Shown here: positions 26,276 through 41,599 of the stretch, in pieces | Layout: each line of letters begins with the position of its first letter | Position numbering within the stretch: the first letter of the stretch is position 1 | DNA from: the human T2T-CHM13v2.0 reference genome, Homo sapiens | Reading direction: 5' to 3' (one strand) | NCBI RefSeq assembly: GCF_009914755.1 | Contig: NC_060925.1 | Length of the DNA stretch: 64,000 nt | The notes under the pieces: generated by a model | Seen by the model: only the letters and a program-made list of their open reading frames with translations | Told to the model about the DNA's origin: nothing | Databases searched by the model: none | Program-made: the position numbers and the translations under genes

Positions 26276-26777
26276 AACCAGCCCTTTCAAAAGATTCCAT
26301 GCCTGATTTCAACCAACTGCCTGACTGATAAGAGATCACTGATGACCACGGAGTGGTTCTGGCCAGTCTGCAGAGAATGCACAGTGAGGATTTTGTGTCC
26401 TCTGCTTCACCTTTTGACATCAGAGGGCCAAAAACACCACCCTTGGGTCATGCTAATCCTGCCATTTTTTGAACATGGGTCCCGTGAAGGAAGATGAAGC
26501 TCAGATGTGCACATAAATGTTTCTCATTTCATAAATACTCATGATTCCTCCTATAGCATATTGAATTTGCATATTTAGCCACCCTGCTCAACATAAATTC
26601 ATGTTCCCTTTGCCCCACCTCCACACCCCTCCCCCCCAAAAGTGCCTGCTTCCAGCTTCTGGCCAGAGGCCATGCTTCCCAGCTCATCAGAAGGGCCACC
26701 CTTCAGGCTATAATCATTTATGAGAAATAAAGCTCTCCTTCACAAATTTATGAACCTTGTCATTCTTCAACTGACAC
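26273..26777 (+). mobile_element. ERV1 LTR (MER39-like)
   Basis: cttcaccttttgacatcagagggcc, AATAAA, ends cattcttcaactgaca. Confidence 0.6.
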
Positions 26778-28064
26778 TAGTATATCATGATCCACCAAGC
26801 TTAAAATCTTACAAATAACCTTTATTGTCTCTGTCTCCTTAGCTATTTGTAGTTATTAGGTCACCAAGATCTGAAAATAGACACATCTATGGGAATAGAA
26901 GAGGCAAGGTCAAACCACAAGATATCTATAGTCTTCCTGAATTCATCCCTATGTGAGCATGTACGCACACGCACTCGTGGACATGCACATGAACGTACAC
27001 ACACACTCAGATTTGAACATGAAATACATTGGGCTTAAAGTAAATAAGTTACTCCTGTTGACAACCTGTTCTTGTTCCCACTTTAAAGTAAGACTCGGCT
27101 ATTCCCTAAAAGTACATCCAATTCTATGAAATTTTAGCAAATCATTCCAATTTTTCTATAGGAAGACAAAAGAATACACCTGACAACAAAAACATTAATA
27201 AAAAATCCTCATTAGATCTCTGTTTCCTCTCAAGGTTCTTCTCAGATGACTTGTCACCCCCACCCTTTTATCAACCCTTCCTCCCCAGAGCTTCTCCATC
27301 CTTGATTCCAAACTAACTGCCTATTCAGAGCAAAGTCAAAGAATTATTTTATGGCCTATTTCAGGGAAGAAAGACAGCAAGAAAGTCAAGGAGTACTTTC
27401 TGCTTGTGCTGTTTTCTCAAATGCCAAGCTGTCATATTTTGAAACAATGTATCCTCAATCCCATCACCACCAAGCTTCCACTGTTTTCTCATTAGAACAA
27501 TTCAGTTATCTCTGGCTTTTCCAACTCAGTACCCTAACATCTGTTATCTCAGTTAACAAAGGATTATCCTTTGAAAATATCTGGGAATAGTCCACACAAC
27601 TACTTTTCCTCATGTGTCATAATTGTTTGTCCTGTGACAGGTACATCCAGTACAGGCTTGAAAGGTAAAAGAAGCCATAAAGAAGCATCTGCAATCAGAA
27701 AGAGGTTGTAGAAAAGAAGAAAAAGTCAGTTATTTTGCTTTCTCTACAGTTAGAGCCAAGAAAACTATATTTAGAAAACTGGATTTTATTCTAAAATTTG
27801 GAGATTTTTCCCACATCTCTTCTCTGGATAGATTATAATTCTATACCCCTATCTCAAAACTTTTAACATATGCAGAATAACAGGTATTTGCATTCCTCTT
27901 AAATATCTGGTTGTGACAAAGCTTGTTGTTGATCAGACTCCGTTTCGCTCATACATATTATAATGGTTTTGTTTTATAAATGTGTTACACACAACAAAAA
28001 TGTGATTGCTTCAAAATATTTATAAAATATTGAGGAAATTCAGGATGTACCACCCCAGTATAAC

Positions 28065-28607
28065 TGTAGGAGACCAGACTATGCCACCTTAAGAATGCCT
28101 CTTTGGCACAAAAATTATTTAAAGTTGATTATTTTGAGAAACAGCAGACACAAGAGAAGCTTTGAAAACAGAAGTTATTCTTTTGTAAGGAAAATTTATA
28201 TCTATAAAGGAAATCTTCATTTGTAAGGGTATCTCCCTCTCTGTACCAGGAAGAGAAGGATTACTTAATCATTAGAAATTCTTATCAGTGGAAAAGTCAT
28301 CAGCAAAAATCTGCATAATAAACCTTGTTCTTGTTTAACAGGCCTTTCTTGGCATAATTTTTTTCTTGTCATAACTGAGTCTCTCTCACATACTTCTTTG
28401 TATCAGGGAACCATGGTATTTAAGCTCGAAGTCAAAGCCACCTGTTTCAGATCTACTCCAGAGAACTCATTTTTCCCTGAAAATGTATAGATAAGATATA
28501 CATGTAATTAAACTTCTGTTTTTCTCTTATTAATCTTTTATTACAAAGGTCTGTCCCAACTAAGAACTCATGCAGGGTAGAGAGAAAATCGTGTTTCTTC
28601 ACCTACA
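28065..28607 (+). mobile_element. MER34-like solo LTR
   Basis: tgtaggagaccagactatgccacc... to ...cacctaca termini. Confidence 0.75.
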
Positions 28608-29454
28608 GCTCATTAAATGACTCAAAACAATGTTTAAATAGGAAACCAATGGGGTGTTTAAGCAGGGAAGTAGCAAAAATTGATTTAACAGTATAGGAAA
28701 ATACTTTTACCTTCAAGGCAGAGAATTTATTATAAATGGGAAAGACTACAAACAAGAACACCAGTTGAAAAGCCACTGCAACAATCTAGGCCTGATTTCA
28801 ATAATTCAGAACTTATGACAATTTTGACAAGAACATGGCTGAAGTGTCCCTTTATTTTATCTATAAAAGGGATATTTCATGAACACTTAGCACTATAAAC
28901 AAAATTGTAAGAGAAAGCTTAAACTATTATACAACACAAAATATTTTAAATACCGTGGAAGCAATCACATTCCCACAATTAATGTACTAGTTATAAACTA
29001 TTACGTACTTTTGAAAGTATGTTCTTGAAAGACTTTCACTGGGCAAGAACTTGTTCAGTAGTTCAAGTATGTGCAATACCTGGCACACAATATGTACTCA
29101 ATAAATATTTACTAAATAAATCCATACACTCATCATTTCTTTAAAAATAGCACCCCATTCAGATATCACACCAATTTACTGGCTTTACCACCTCCACCTA
29201 CCACCCTGCCTCCAGTTACTATGGAAAAAAAGTCTTCTATCCATAACATATTCTCATAGAATATGAGCTACAATCCTAGTATATAAATATTTTAAAATAG
29301 ACCGGAAATTATCTTTGACTTATAAAATTAAACAACATAATTTTAAATCACACAAAATATAGTAGGATTAAAGTTATGAATGTATCTGCAGAGAAGCCAG
29401 CAAAAATTCAAGTTGTTTGTTTTCCTAAACATTAGTCATATTGGAAATGTGTTG

Positions 29455-29826
29455 TGTTAAAAGACAAAATTACAACAAATCTAGTTTTGCAGGCGTTAAT
29501 TGGCCTTTATTTGTGACTTTAGAATTGAGCAGCAGTTCAGTCCAAAAATGGCTCAGAATGTTCCACCCCACCAAATGTGTAGGTTATATTTGTAACTAGA
29601 GAAAAGGAAGTGACATACAGAAAACTGCACTGAGGTACAGAGATAGCCCAATTGGTTATAGTTCACATCTGTCTTATTTGAACATGGTTTGAAGAATTGG
29701 CCATCTGTGATTGGCTGAGATTCTGTTCCTAAGTTAGGTTTTCAGTTTGTTTAAGTGCTGAGTTGGGCTGCATTTAGGAACTCACACATAGGCCTCCTTG
29801 GGCCCACTTTTAATTTGTTTTAATAG
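29455..29826 (-). mobile_element. ERV1 LTR (family uncertain)
   Basis: tgttaaaagacaaaatt terminus; reverse CCAAT boxes (attgg) and ggaagtgac. Confidence 0.5.
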
Positions 29827-30338
29827 TTGTTCATGTGATTTAAAGGATTTGATTAAACACAGTAAAGAACTTCCTGGTAGTGAGGACAGCTAAAAGAATG
29901 AGTGATAAAGAGAAATTTAGCATCTCCCTCTCTAGGAAGCTGTATAAACACACTAACTCCTTATAAGTCTCAGTAAATTTCTATGTAAAATTCATAATGT
30001 CATGGGTATAGTTTGAGCTAAAATTTACTTCTGCTAACTATAACTTCTGTTTTTAAGTTTGCAGAGTAAATAAATTAAGTGAACAATATTTTGATGGGGG
30101 AACTTAGACTACTGAAGAAAACAAAATGCAATCTGGTACTATTTTAACATAAAATCCGTACAATTAAGAAATATAACAATTATAAATAATTACTTCTTTG
30201 CAAAGAAAGTGCTCCCGAAGGTCCTCACCACACCTGAAAGTAATCATACTGCATTTATTTTTAAATAAATCATTATTCAAAGCTTTCACTAATTTTCACT
30301 GACATCCTAAAAGGTAAATACTAGTCAGTCTCTTTACA

Positions 30339-30687
<349 letters not shown>

Positions 30688-31244
30688 AGTCTCTTTACAG
30701 TAAATTCAAAAAGTATCATAAAATAAAACTAGTTTACATTAGAAACAGTAAAAAAGCATGTAAGCAAGTCAGAGTACTGGCTACTAGAAAGTAATTTCAA
30801 ATACTAGCTATTTAAAGGACCAGGCACCATTGAAAAGGATTGATGCAATATAAAGAGACAGGTGAGATTTAAAAGGAGAGACTACATTTTAAAAGTTGGT
30901 CTTTGAAATGCATAGCTCTGAGTGAGAAAAGAAAAGGCAAAAAGAAGGAAGACAAGCCCTGTGGCAATTTGGCAGTGAAGGGAGAAAGAAGAAAAAAAGG
31001 AAGAAAAAAATTAGGGTCCTATAAGACAAAAAAAGAACCATAAAATTGGAGGATTCAAAACCCTTCCCCAATCATCATCATTAAAACAAACAAACAAAAG
31101 GAAAACTGTTAAATATCTGAACTTTTCTACTTTTTCAGAAGAGGGCACCACTAAATAAGGAATCTGGTAAAATATCCTAATTTCATAAAAACAAATAAGA
31201 TAAAGATAAGCTATGTCCAGAGAGATAGGAGAGAGAGATGAAAA

Positions 31245-31438
31245 CAAGAAAAGAAGGAAGGAAGGAAGGAAGGAAGGAAGGAAGGAAGGAAGGAAGGAAG
31301 GAAGGAAGGAAGGAAGGAAGGAGGGAAGGAGGGAGGGAGGGAGGGAGGGAGGGAGGGAAGGATGGAGGGAGGGAGGGAGGGGGAGGAGAGGGGAGGGGAG
31401 ATGGGGAGGAGAGGGGAGGGGAGATAGGGAGGAAGGAA
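31245..31438 (+). repeat. (GGAA)16 followed by (GGGA)n polypurine tract
   Basis: 16 consecutive GGAA at 31256-31319, then GGGA/GGGGA repeats. Confidence 0.95.
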
Positions 31439-33456
31439 TCAAAAGGTTTTCTAGAGATCCACTGGGAGAATTCTGTTTATACCTCACTGGTCAGAGTGGA
31501 GATTGCATGGTGACTTCTAAGTACAAGGGCATCTGAAATAACGATAAATAATTTTTCCCAGCCTATAGTGGAAGGTAAAAAGAGAAAAATGAACTTGGAA
31601 ACTTTTGGGTAACCAATAAACAGTATGTGTCATACCTCTTCTGTAACTGAAATATATTACTTCCATGCTCACACTTTATTAGTAATTCAGCTAAATGTAA
31701 AAGTATAAGCTGAAAATGATACTACCTTAGACTTTTAAAGTCATTGCCCCATTGCCTTCGAGCTTCAATATTGTTAAAAGCCCATTGTTCATTCTACTTC
31801 CTGTCCTTTATATGCGACTTGTATTTCCTTTTCTGAAAGGTTGTGGAATCTCTATCTCTGGGGTTCTGAAATTTCTTGGTGAATTGCCCTGGTTTTGAGT
31901 CCTTTTTATATTATCAGGTCTGGAACTTTACCAGTTCAATTTCCACAAAGATCAAACCTCCAGTCTCCATCCAGGATGAAGGAAGGTCAGTCTCATAGTT
32001 GTTTGCAGAATGAGGATGAGAAATATCCATTTCATAAAAAGACTTTCAACGAATTCCTCTGTCATGTCCCATTACCAACATCTTTGCAGTTCCTGATGCC
32101 TCCAATCACTCACTAAGCTATCTTAAAATCATCTGGCATGCATTCACTTTTTTCATGTTAGCATCCCATTCGCAAGCCCTTGGTGTTAGCATTCTCTTTT
32201 CTGATAATTCATCAACTCACTTCTCATCTTCAAATAGTGTGTTGACATTTCTTCTCACTGTAATCTCAATCTCTTACTTCATTTATCCTCTAAGTTTATG
32301 CCTTTTAAAATACTCTTTCGTGGGATTTCAAGTGGAAGCAGAGGAAAATGTGTCTTCAGTCCACCATATTTAATCTGAAGTTCTCTCAATTTCAGCTGTA
32401 GTGTAAAGAATGAATTGGTAGGGGGAGAGCTAGAAGTGGTTGGAGTGGGAAGGTGGTGGTGGGTCAAGACTGAGAGGGAGGAGACAATCAAGACTTCTAG
32501 TAAGAAGTGGTGAGTATCTGAACCATGATAGTAGCAGGAAAAATAGAGATAAGAGGACAAATTTGAGACAAACTAAATTGATAGAAGAAACTGGAGTTGA
32601 TAAGTGTCGTAAAGAAGTCCAAGAGGTACAGCACATAAGAGGAATTTCTGTAGGTTACATTTCAATAGTAGCAACAGTGAGCTTTAACTCCTGGCTGGGG
32701 TAATCAGAAAAAATGGGTGAAATTTGATAGATGGAGATGGAGGCAGGGCATTCTAAGTTAGATGATTAATCATGAGCATTTATTTGTAACAAGTGTTTTG
32801 TGAAGACTAGAACTTAGAATGTTCTGAAATTGAAAAACTTTTATTTTGACAAGCACAATTAGTGTGTGTCTTCCTGAGTGGGGAACTGTGATTTGCCTTT
32901 TGGGCATATCTTCCCTTTGTTCCTTCCTCTATCATTTCATTAATGACCATGTAAGACAAGTGCTCAGACATTTTACTTAGGCAAGCCTGAAATCAGAGAA
33001 TCAACCCAAATGTCGATGCTTTATTGATCATGGGCTAACAATAAGTGTTGTGTTTGTGCTATTGTTTTAAGTTATATGTTCTCATGATTCAAAAAAAAAT
33101 TTAAGTGAAAAAAATCTTACGTTCACTCCCAGCCTCTATCTGCCTAAACACTGCCTTCTTCTTTTCAGTTCCCACCCCCTGATCCTCTCAAGTGTCCACT
33201 CTTACTAATTTCTTGAATATTTTTCAGATTTATGCAGATATGAGAAAAATAAATTGTATTTTCCTTTTTACACAAAGCATAGCATTGTGTATATGCTGTT
33301 CTGTATCTTACTTATTTAATAATATACCTTGACAACTAATATATAGAGAGCTGTGTCATTCTTTTCAAAGCTACATGTTATTCAATCATAGAGATGTACC
33401 ATAAGATATGGAACCAATATTCTATTGATGGACATTTTGTTAGTTTTTGGAGCGTT

Positions 33457-34060
33457 GATGGAAAATTCCCCTCTGCTCTCTGAAGATTTGCTAAAAATCT
33501 ACTGACAAAAGGCATATTGATAGAAGAAAATGTACACAAATTTATTAACTTCCACAGGAGTTGGGGTAAAAATCACATGATTATCCCAGCATGCAATGGG
33601 GTACGGATGCTTATATATCCCTTCCTTAGGTGACAGGGAGATGAGAAAGTGTGGATTGATTTTAGGGTGACTATGAAATGATCTCTAGGGGACCCAACGG
33701 GCTTGAAGAACATACAATGGCCTGGAATAAAGTATGTTGGGCCCGCAGCGCAAACAATGGCTTATGACAAGTCTGTCTAGGTGTGTTGACAGAATTCTTT
33801 CTTCCTGCAGTATGAGTTCAGTTAATGAAAACTCAGGGAAGGTACCAAAGGTAATTGATTTCTTCTTTGGCAAGTCTAGACTTTAGGCAAATAAGGGAAC
33901 TGCAGAGAACAACTTCACCCTGTTTTTTGGGAGAGCTTTGGGGGATACAGAGGATTGAGATACAGGAAGAAAGGGAAGGTCAGAGAGATCCTGAGTCGTC
34001 TTCTTCAGTTCAGCATGTTAAAGTGCCATATTTTGGGGTATTGGTTTCTAAGTCCCAAAA
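33457..34060 (-). mobile_element. ERV1 (MER4-group) LTR
   Basis: ctctctgaagatttgctaaaaatc...aaagtgccatattttggggt pattern of reverse MER4-group LTRs. Confidence 0.55.
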
Positions 34061-34505
34061 TTTTCAATCTTATTTGGCTTCAGTGAATAACCTTACACAT
34101 GAACCAGTTCACACACATTCAACTGTATTTGTAAAAAGCAAATATTTTAAGGAATAAAAATTGAGTGTTTTAGCAAAACTATAATCATGAAGACCCAGTA
34201 AAATGTTTAGCCTTGTTTTTCTATTTTCTCATAAATCTGGAGCTAGACCAATGTATGCTTAACACCAGTTTTTGAGTAACTTCTGTGAGTTTGTGTTTAC
34301 TTATAATTTAACTTCCAGGATACTAAAGTAGAATTGAGAGCACAGCTAAAGAAATATGCAGGAAGTCCTCTGAGAGAAGAATGGGGTAGAATGATATTGG
34401 CCTTGGCAGCACAATATGCCCCAACTGTTGGAGTCACCCACATGGTGTTGAGGCTTTCTAACTCCAACTTTGGGATATCTCTACTGTCATTCTAACAGTC
34501 TACCA

Positions 34506-34649
34506 GTTTTTTGTTTTGCTTCACTTTGTTTTGTAGAGATGGGGTCTCACTATGTTGCCCAGGGTGGTCTCAAACTCCTGAACTCAAGCAATTCTCCTGC
34601 CTAAGCCTCCCAAACTGCTGGAATTACAGGCATGAGCCACTGTGCCTGG
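34506..34649 (-). mobile_element. FLAM/Alu monomer
   Basis: gtagagatggggtctcactatgttgcccagg...gagccactgtgcctgg. Confidence 0.85.
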
Positions 34650-34931
34650 TGTACTGTTATTCTATTATATTCTCATCCTATTAACCTATTATTATGTTCT
34701 GCCCTGACCATACAGACCAAAGATATTCTTTATGAGAATGGATTTTCCCTGAAGAATATTAAATTCTCATTATCAGCTGAATGGAGAATGGGATAATCCT
34801 CAGGCAGTACATGAGGTGGACATTGGTGAACTTGGTCTCTGCGTTTTGCAGGCAATTTGGCCTTCGCTTCAAGGTTAGTGCCTCCTAGAAGCTAAGCAAA
34901 AAGTTGGTGAGAGACTCTAAGGTCTAATTTA

Positions 34932-35586
<655 letters not shown>

Positions 35587-36749
35587 AGAAGCCATTCTAC
35601 CAATTATTGTATCAACTGTTAAGTTACTCTCTGATTGTACTGCTATCTCCAAGTTTTTCTTAATTCATAGCATTTACTAGTAATCAAGGAAATGCAACTT
35701 AAAACCACAATAAAATATATTTTCACATCTTAAAATCAGCAAATAAATTATAAAAGTCTGACGATATCATGTATCAGATAGAATGAGGAACAAAAAGAAT
35801 CCTTCACTGTTGCAGGGAGCATAAATTGGTACTAACATTTTAAAGAACAATTTATCACCATCTAGTAATGTTGAAAATATGCATATTCAACAACCTAGCC
35901 ATTCCACAGCTGGGCATGTACTCTGGAGAAACTCTTGAATGGGTGTACAAGTAAACAAGCACGAGAATGTTTTTGTATTGTTTGTATTAGAAAAAATGGA
36001 GAGAATATAAATATCAATGGGAAAGAGCTAAATGAATTCTAATATATCTATATGAGTTTTTCACATAATAAGAATAAAATAAAGTTGCTTAAATTAGAAA
36101 ATAGATCTCACAAAAACAATGAGCAAAAAAGCAAGCTGAACAATGCATATGCCTCAATAAATTGTTGTAATAATATAATGTCTTGATTCATACATAGGAC
36201 TTTGAATTTTCCTCTGTTAATTAGAACTAATTCTGGAGGCAAATACTCCTGCTCCCAATCCCCATGCTGGGAGGTGATGGGTGGAAGCATGAAGGAAGAA
36301 AAATAATCCCGGCTGTTACATAAGCTCTCATTTATTTAATTACTTGGATTAACATCCCACAACCTACTCCTCTTCCAACGGTGATTAAGAGCATGTAGTG
36401 CATAGATGGCCTAGATTTAAAACCCTCCTTCTTGTGTTTTCAGCATTTTACTTAATTATTCTGGGTATCAACTTTCTCACTCAAAAAATGCAGCTAACAA
36501 GATTTACTTTTCACAAGATTGTGATAACAAGCAACTTAATCTACGTAAAACTTAGTGCCTGGTAAATAATAAGTACTACATAAATGGTAGGGGTTATGGA
36601 GCCTCTCACAGTTTCTACTGATAAGAAAACCTCCCATCTCTGCTCCAGGCTTCTCTCATCCATTCTGGGGCACGGTTTCTCCTCTGGTTTGTCAAGATGC
36701 TCCCATGCAAATTCCATGTTTCAGAAACATCGTTGATATCTAGTCCACG

Positions 36750-37845
36750 GGTTGGTAAAGACTTCTTAGATATGATACCAAAAGCACAAACAAAATAAAA
36801 ACAATAAAATGTACTTTATCAAAATTAAAACTTTTGTACTTCAGAGGAAACCATCAAGAAAGTTAAAAGACAATGCCTCGAAAAACAGAAAATATTTGCA
36901 AATCATTTATCTGATAAGAGAATTGTATCTAGAATATATAAAGAATTCTCACAGCTCAATAGGAAGACGAAATGGGCAAAGGATCTAAATACACATTTCT
37001 CCAAAGAAGATATACAAATGGCCAACAGGTATATTAAAAGATGGTCAGTATCATTAGCCAGATGGTAAATAATAGGAAAATGTAAACAAAACCACAATGA
37101 GATACCACCTCACATCCACTAGAAGGGGTATAACCGAAAAGAAGAGTTGGAGAGGATATGAAGAAATTGGATCCCTCCTACATTGCTGGTGAGAATAAAA
37201 AATGTTAAATGTGCTTTATAAACAGTTTGGCAGTTACTCAAAATGCCAAAGATAGAATTACCATATGACCCAGCAATCCCGCTAAACATATACCCAAGAT
37301 AAATGAAAACATATGTCCATACAAAAACTTGCATATGAATTTAGATAGAATTTAGATAGAAGCATTATTCATGACAGCCAGAAAGTAGAAACAACCCAAA
37401 TGTCTATCAACTGATGACTAGATGAATAAAATATGATATTCATACAATAAAATACTATTGAACAATAAAAACAGAAGGAACCACTGATACATACTGTACT
37501 ATGTGTGAACCTTGGAAATGTTACACTAAGTGAGATAATCCAGTCTTTAAAAAATTGTATGATTTCATTTATATACAATTTCAGAATAGGCAAATCTATA
37601 GAAATGGAAAATAAATTGGTAGTTGCCAAGGGCTGGGAGTGAGGGGAGCTTGAAGCAAAATAGAAAGAGACTGCTGACAGATACAGGAGATTTTTCGGGG
37701 GAGGGGGTCGTGATGAAAATGTTCTAATGTTGATTGTGGTGATAATTGTACAACCTGTGAATATACTCCAAACCATTGAATTTTACATTTCAAATTGATG
37801 TAGTTTATAGTATATGAATTACATTACAAAACTGCTTTTTAAAAA
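36750..37845 (+). mobile_element. L1MB/MC 3' fragment
   Basis: ORF2 C-terminal and 3'UTR-like sequence (aaaaccacaatgagataccac, ccatatgacccagcaat). Confidence 0.8.
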
Positions 37846-38130
37846 TCTGATGCACAGAACACTTCCCTTTCTCAGGGCTGTCATGGATTTAGTTCTTTTG
37901 TATAACTTTCTTACCACTTTAATGAGATTTTTGAAAGGGTTAGCAAATGTGCTTGCTCAGTCCACTCTTGATTCAGAAGCTTTGGAGGGATTATTTTTAA
38001 AAAGAACTGCCCCCAAAAATATAGAGGACACACAGAAGTTATGGAACTATATATGTCACACAGGAAATGCAGATGGGTTCATACAAAAAAAAAATTGAGT
38101 CATAGGCGAGGGAAGAGAAAACCAGTTTGG

Positions 38131-38273
38131 TTGTTATTTCTCTAAGGTATAAGGCAACTTAATGAGAGAACTTGTTGGTTTGTTATTTCTCTAAGGTGTA
38201 AGGCAACTTAATGAGAGAACTTGTTGGTTTGTTATTTCTCTAAGGTGTAAGGCAACTTAATGAGAGAACTTGT
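38131..38273. repeat. 49-bp tandem repeat, about 2.9 copies
   Basis: Units start at 38131, 38180 and 38229; only one substitution between units. Confidence 0.95.
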
Positions 38274-39199
38274 CCTCACAACTCTGTGCTTCTCAAAAAG
38301 TACCATGTGGTTTTAAGGAGTTTTCTGTTGAAATATGTAACAGAAAGTTAAAAATGAAGGAGGAGATACCAGGGCTGATATGTATATTGTTCTTATGATA
38401 ATATACACAATTAAGGGAGCTTGGACTCATCCAAGAATGGTTCAGAGGGGGTGACTATGGGGCCCCTAACCATGTAGAGGGGTGAAGGGGGCCAACACCC
38501 TCTTATTCTCCTATAGTAACCGGAGTATTTTCAAATCCAAATACTTCTCAGCATTTTTATGCCTATCTTAAAACTTTAATTGATGATAAGATTTCACATC
38601 TCAGACCCTAGACTCTTGCAGTTAGTGACATTACTCCTCTTTCACATGCTGCCTGAATTCCTCTCTTATCCACTAACAAGTGGTCATCTAACCTTTGTTT
38701 GATATTTACAGTGATAGGGAGTTCACTACTATACAAAACAACTCACTCTATATTTGTACAGCACGGTTGGCTAGAAAGTTCTTTCTCACATTGAGACAAA
38801 CTCAGTTTTTTTGTATCATTAACATATGTAATCCTAGAGAGACTTGTTTCTACCCAAAATAGGCTTGTATGACCTTTTCCGTATAGGAACCTTCTTGAAG
38901 GCAATTGTCATGGATTTTTCAATATCTCCTCTAGGCTAAGCATCAGAAGTTTCTTCAGTGGCCCCTTATGTGACATGGCTTTAAGAAGTTCATTGCCATC
39001 TTGGTTATTCTTAAATTCTCTGGTAGCTAAGGCAAGCTTATTTCCACATGCGTGAAAGATGGATGGGTGGTAAGGCCTATGGTCCTGAACTAGTAAATGA
39101 ATTAACATATGTGATAGTATTTTTACAACTTAAAACACTTTGTAAACACAAGATACTATTAAAACATATCTCCTTCATAGAAGGCAACTTGGCAAAGCA

Positions 39200-39365
39200 T
39201 ATTAGAAACTTGCAACTCAAAATATGGTCTAATGGTACACCTGGCATCACCTGGAAGCTTGCAAGAAACAATTTCAGGCCCACCTCATATCCATTAAATC
39301 CCACCTGCATTTTGACAAGATCTCCAAGTGTTTCATTTGCACATTAAAGTCTGAGGAGCTCTGTA
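39200..39365 (+). mobile_element. MER5A DNA transposon
   Basis: ggcatcacctggaagcttg...ttgcacattaaagtctgagg. Confidence 0.65.
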
Positions 39366-39951
39366 AACTTAAAAATATGCAAACACTTTCACTAAGCAAT
39401 CCTTGTTTTTAGGTATTTATCCTGAGAAAATGATTAGGTTAAGTACACAGCATTTTTATAACAGCAAAATCTTACAAAGAAAGTTCCACTAATAGAAAAT
39501 TGGCCAAGGTGCTTTACGGTTCTTCTATGGATACACCATTTGCCAGCCAAGGCTAACTCTATAAAGCAAGCTGGTTCTTCTCAGCTGGTGCTGGTACCTA
39601 GAAGATGCCTGCTCCTCAGCTGATGCATGCCACCATGAACACAGATGTATGTTTAGTTGACACAAAAGGCCATTAATATCCCCACATCAGTTATCCCTGG
39701 AGGATAACTAAGCCATCTGCCTCCATCATCTTTTAAGGGTTCAGTCAGTTTAAAACTTTGCTTCTATACCTAGGTATTTTCTTTTCTCTGTATGTTGGTC
39801 AGGTACAATTATTTTTAACAGGGCTTCCATCAATATCATAACTACCTAGAGAAGACATTGCAAAGATAAAATTGGAGAATTGTTAACAGGCTGTTAACAA
39901 AATGTGTACCCAACTGCCAATGAAGTGGCTTGATTTTTTTCTTTTTTTAAA

Positions 39952-40266
39952 ATTTTTCTTTTGTATCCTTTTATTTTATTTACTTATTTTTTAGAGACAC
40001 GGTCTCGCTCTGTTACCCAGGCTGGCGTACAATGGCACAATCATAGCCCACTGCAGTCTCGACCTCCAGGGCCTCAAGCAATCCTCCCACCTCAGCCTTC
40101 CAAGTAGCTGAGACTACAAGTGCATGCTGCCATGCCTGACTGATTTTTTGTTTTTTGCAGAGATGAAGTCTCACTATGTTGCCCAGTCTGACCTTGAACT
40201 CCTAGCAATACCCTACCCTGGCCTCCCAAACTGCTGGGATTACAGGCATGAGCCACTGTGCCTGGC
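39952..40266 (-). mobile_element. AluJ
   Basis: Reverse diverged Alu dimer about 1.4 kb upstream of the FMO2 TSS. Confidence 0.88.
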
Positions 40267-41599
40267 CTTTTTTCATTTTAACTGAGAAATGTGTTCAGCT
40301 CTTTTGTTCCTTAGTCATTGATCATCACTTTTGTTATATCTGTTAGTCTTGTCATAGAGTTGCTGCACTTATTACACAGAGAAGGCCTTTTATCACGACC
40401 AATTTATTTTAGGAAATTTCAGGGAAAACGTTTTTCTAGAACACCTTATTTGACATTATAAAACAACTCTTCACTCTTGCACTCCAGACCTCCCTTTCCA
40501 GTTTTCTTTTTCTCCATAGTGGTCATCACCACTTGTTTTATTTTATTGATGGGCTGTCTGGCTCCCTCAACTACAAAGTAAACTCCACAAAGGCAGAGAG
40601 TTTTGCCTCTTTTATTCATTGCTGTACCTGCATCACTTAGAAAGTTTCTGGCACCTAGGAAGTGTTCAGTAAATATTTATTGAATAAGTTTATGTAAAAC
40701 GTCTCAGACTCCTTAGAGAAACTGGTCTTTTGGGGTTGGAGAATAAAGTTCTTTACCTCATCAGTTAGACTCTATCTAAGGTACACGAGGGCTTGCTAGT
40801 CTCCTAAGTTAGTCTGCTAATAAATGTTAACCCTAATAACTGAAATTATTAGCAGAGGTAATTATCCAGTTCTATATCAAGGCAAAAAGACAGCAGTGGA
40901 TAGAAAGATCTTAGAAGTCCCACTAGGTTCATCCAAGCCACCATACACATAGGCAGAAAAATCAAAATAAGATATGAGCCTGGACAGGGTGAGCAATCTG
41001 GGAAAAGATGAACACAGTATGCTAGGACCCAGAAATCATCAAGTCTATGAAAACTAAGCCAGAACACAAATGTGAATTCCATAAGATCAGGAACATAATC
41101 TGTCTTGTTCATCCAGGCATGGTAATCTGCCAGAAATAGTGCTTAACTGCAAGAACTGAATATTTGTTAGATAATTAAACCATCAACTAAATGAGATTCA
41201 TGCAACCATGAAAAATGCTGCTATAGGTACACAATATTGATATACTAGAAAGTTAAAAAATCAAGTTGGAAATTAGACTATTCCATTTCTGTTTGTGTGT
41301 ATGTATCTACAAATAGGTGGAAGGATATACCAAAATGTCAACAGCAGTTACCTCTGGGTGGTGAGGAGTAATCTTAACCTTGTTATTTATCCCTATATGT
41401 TCATTTGTGAATGAATATTTATTACATCATTATAAAAAGGATTTTTAAACTATCTGTATGTTTAAGAGTATATGTTGCTACTATGTAAGAGTATATGCTG
41501 TTACTGTAAAGACATTGCATTACTACTGTTGACCTCAGAGCACGAGCCTCTTGCCTAATTCTAGGACTCCTAACTAAGTCTTTGGAGTTTCAGCTGGAA

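Noticed and set aside
25986-26497. ORFs with (HT)n or (CV)n runs
   Set aside because: They span the (GT)n microsatellite and L1/LTR sequence.
31011-31536. ORFs of 158, 107 and 91 aa with (LPSF)n or (KEGR)n repeats
   Set aside because: These are translations of the GGAA/GGGA microsatellite.
38131-38273. CRISPR-like array
   Set aside because: Units are contiguous with no unique spacers, there are no cas genes, and the DNA is human. It is a minisatellite.
41463-41506. Imperfect 23-bp tandem repeat near the FMO2 promoter
   Set aside because: AT-rich and diverged, probably at the end of an old L1 fragment; no specific motif seen.
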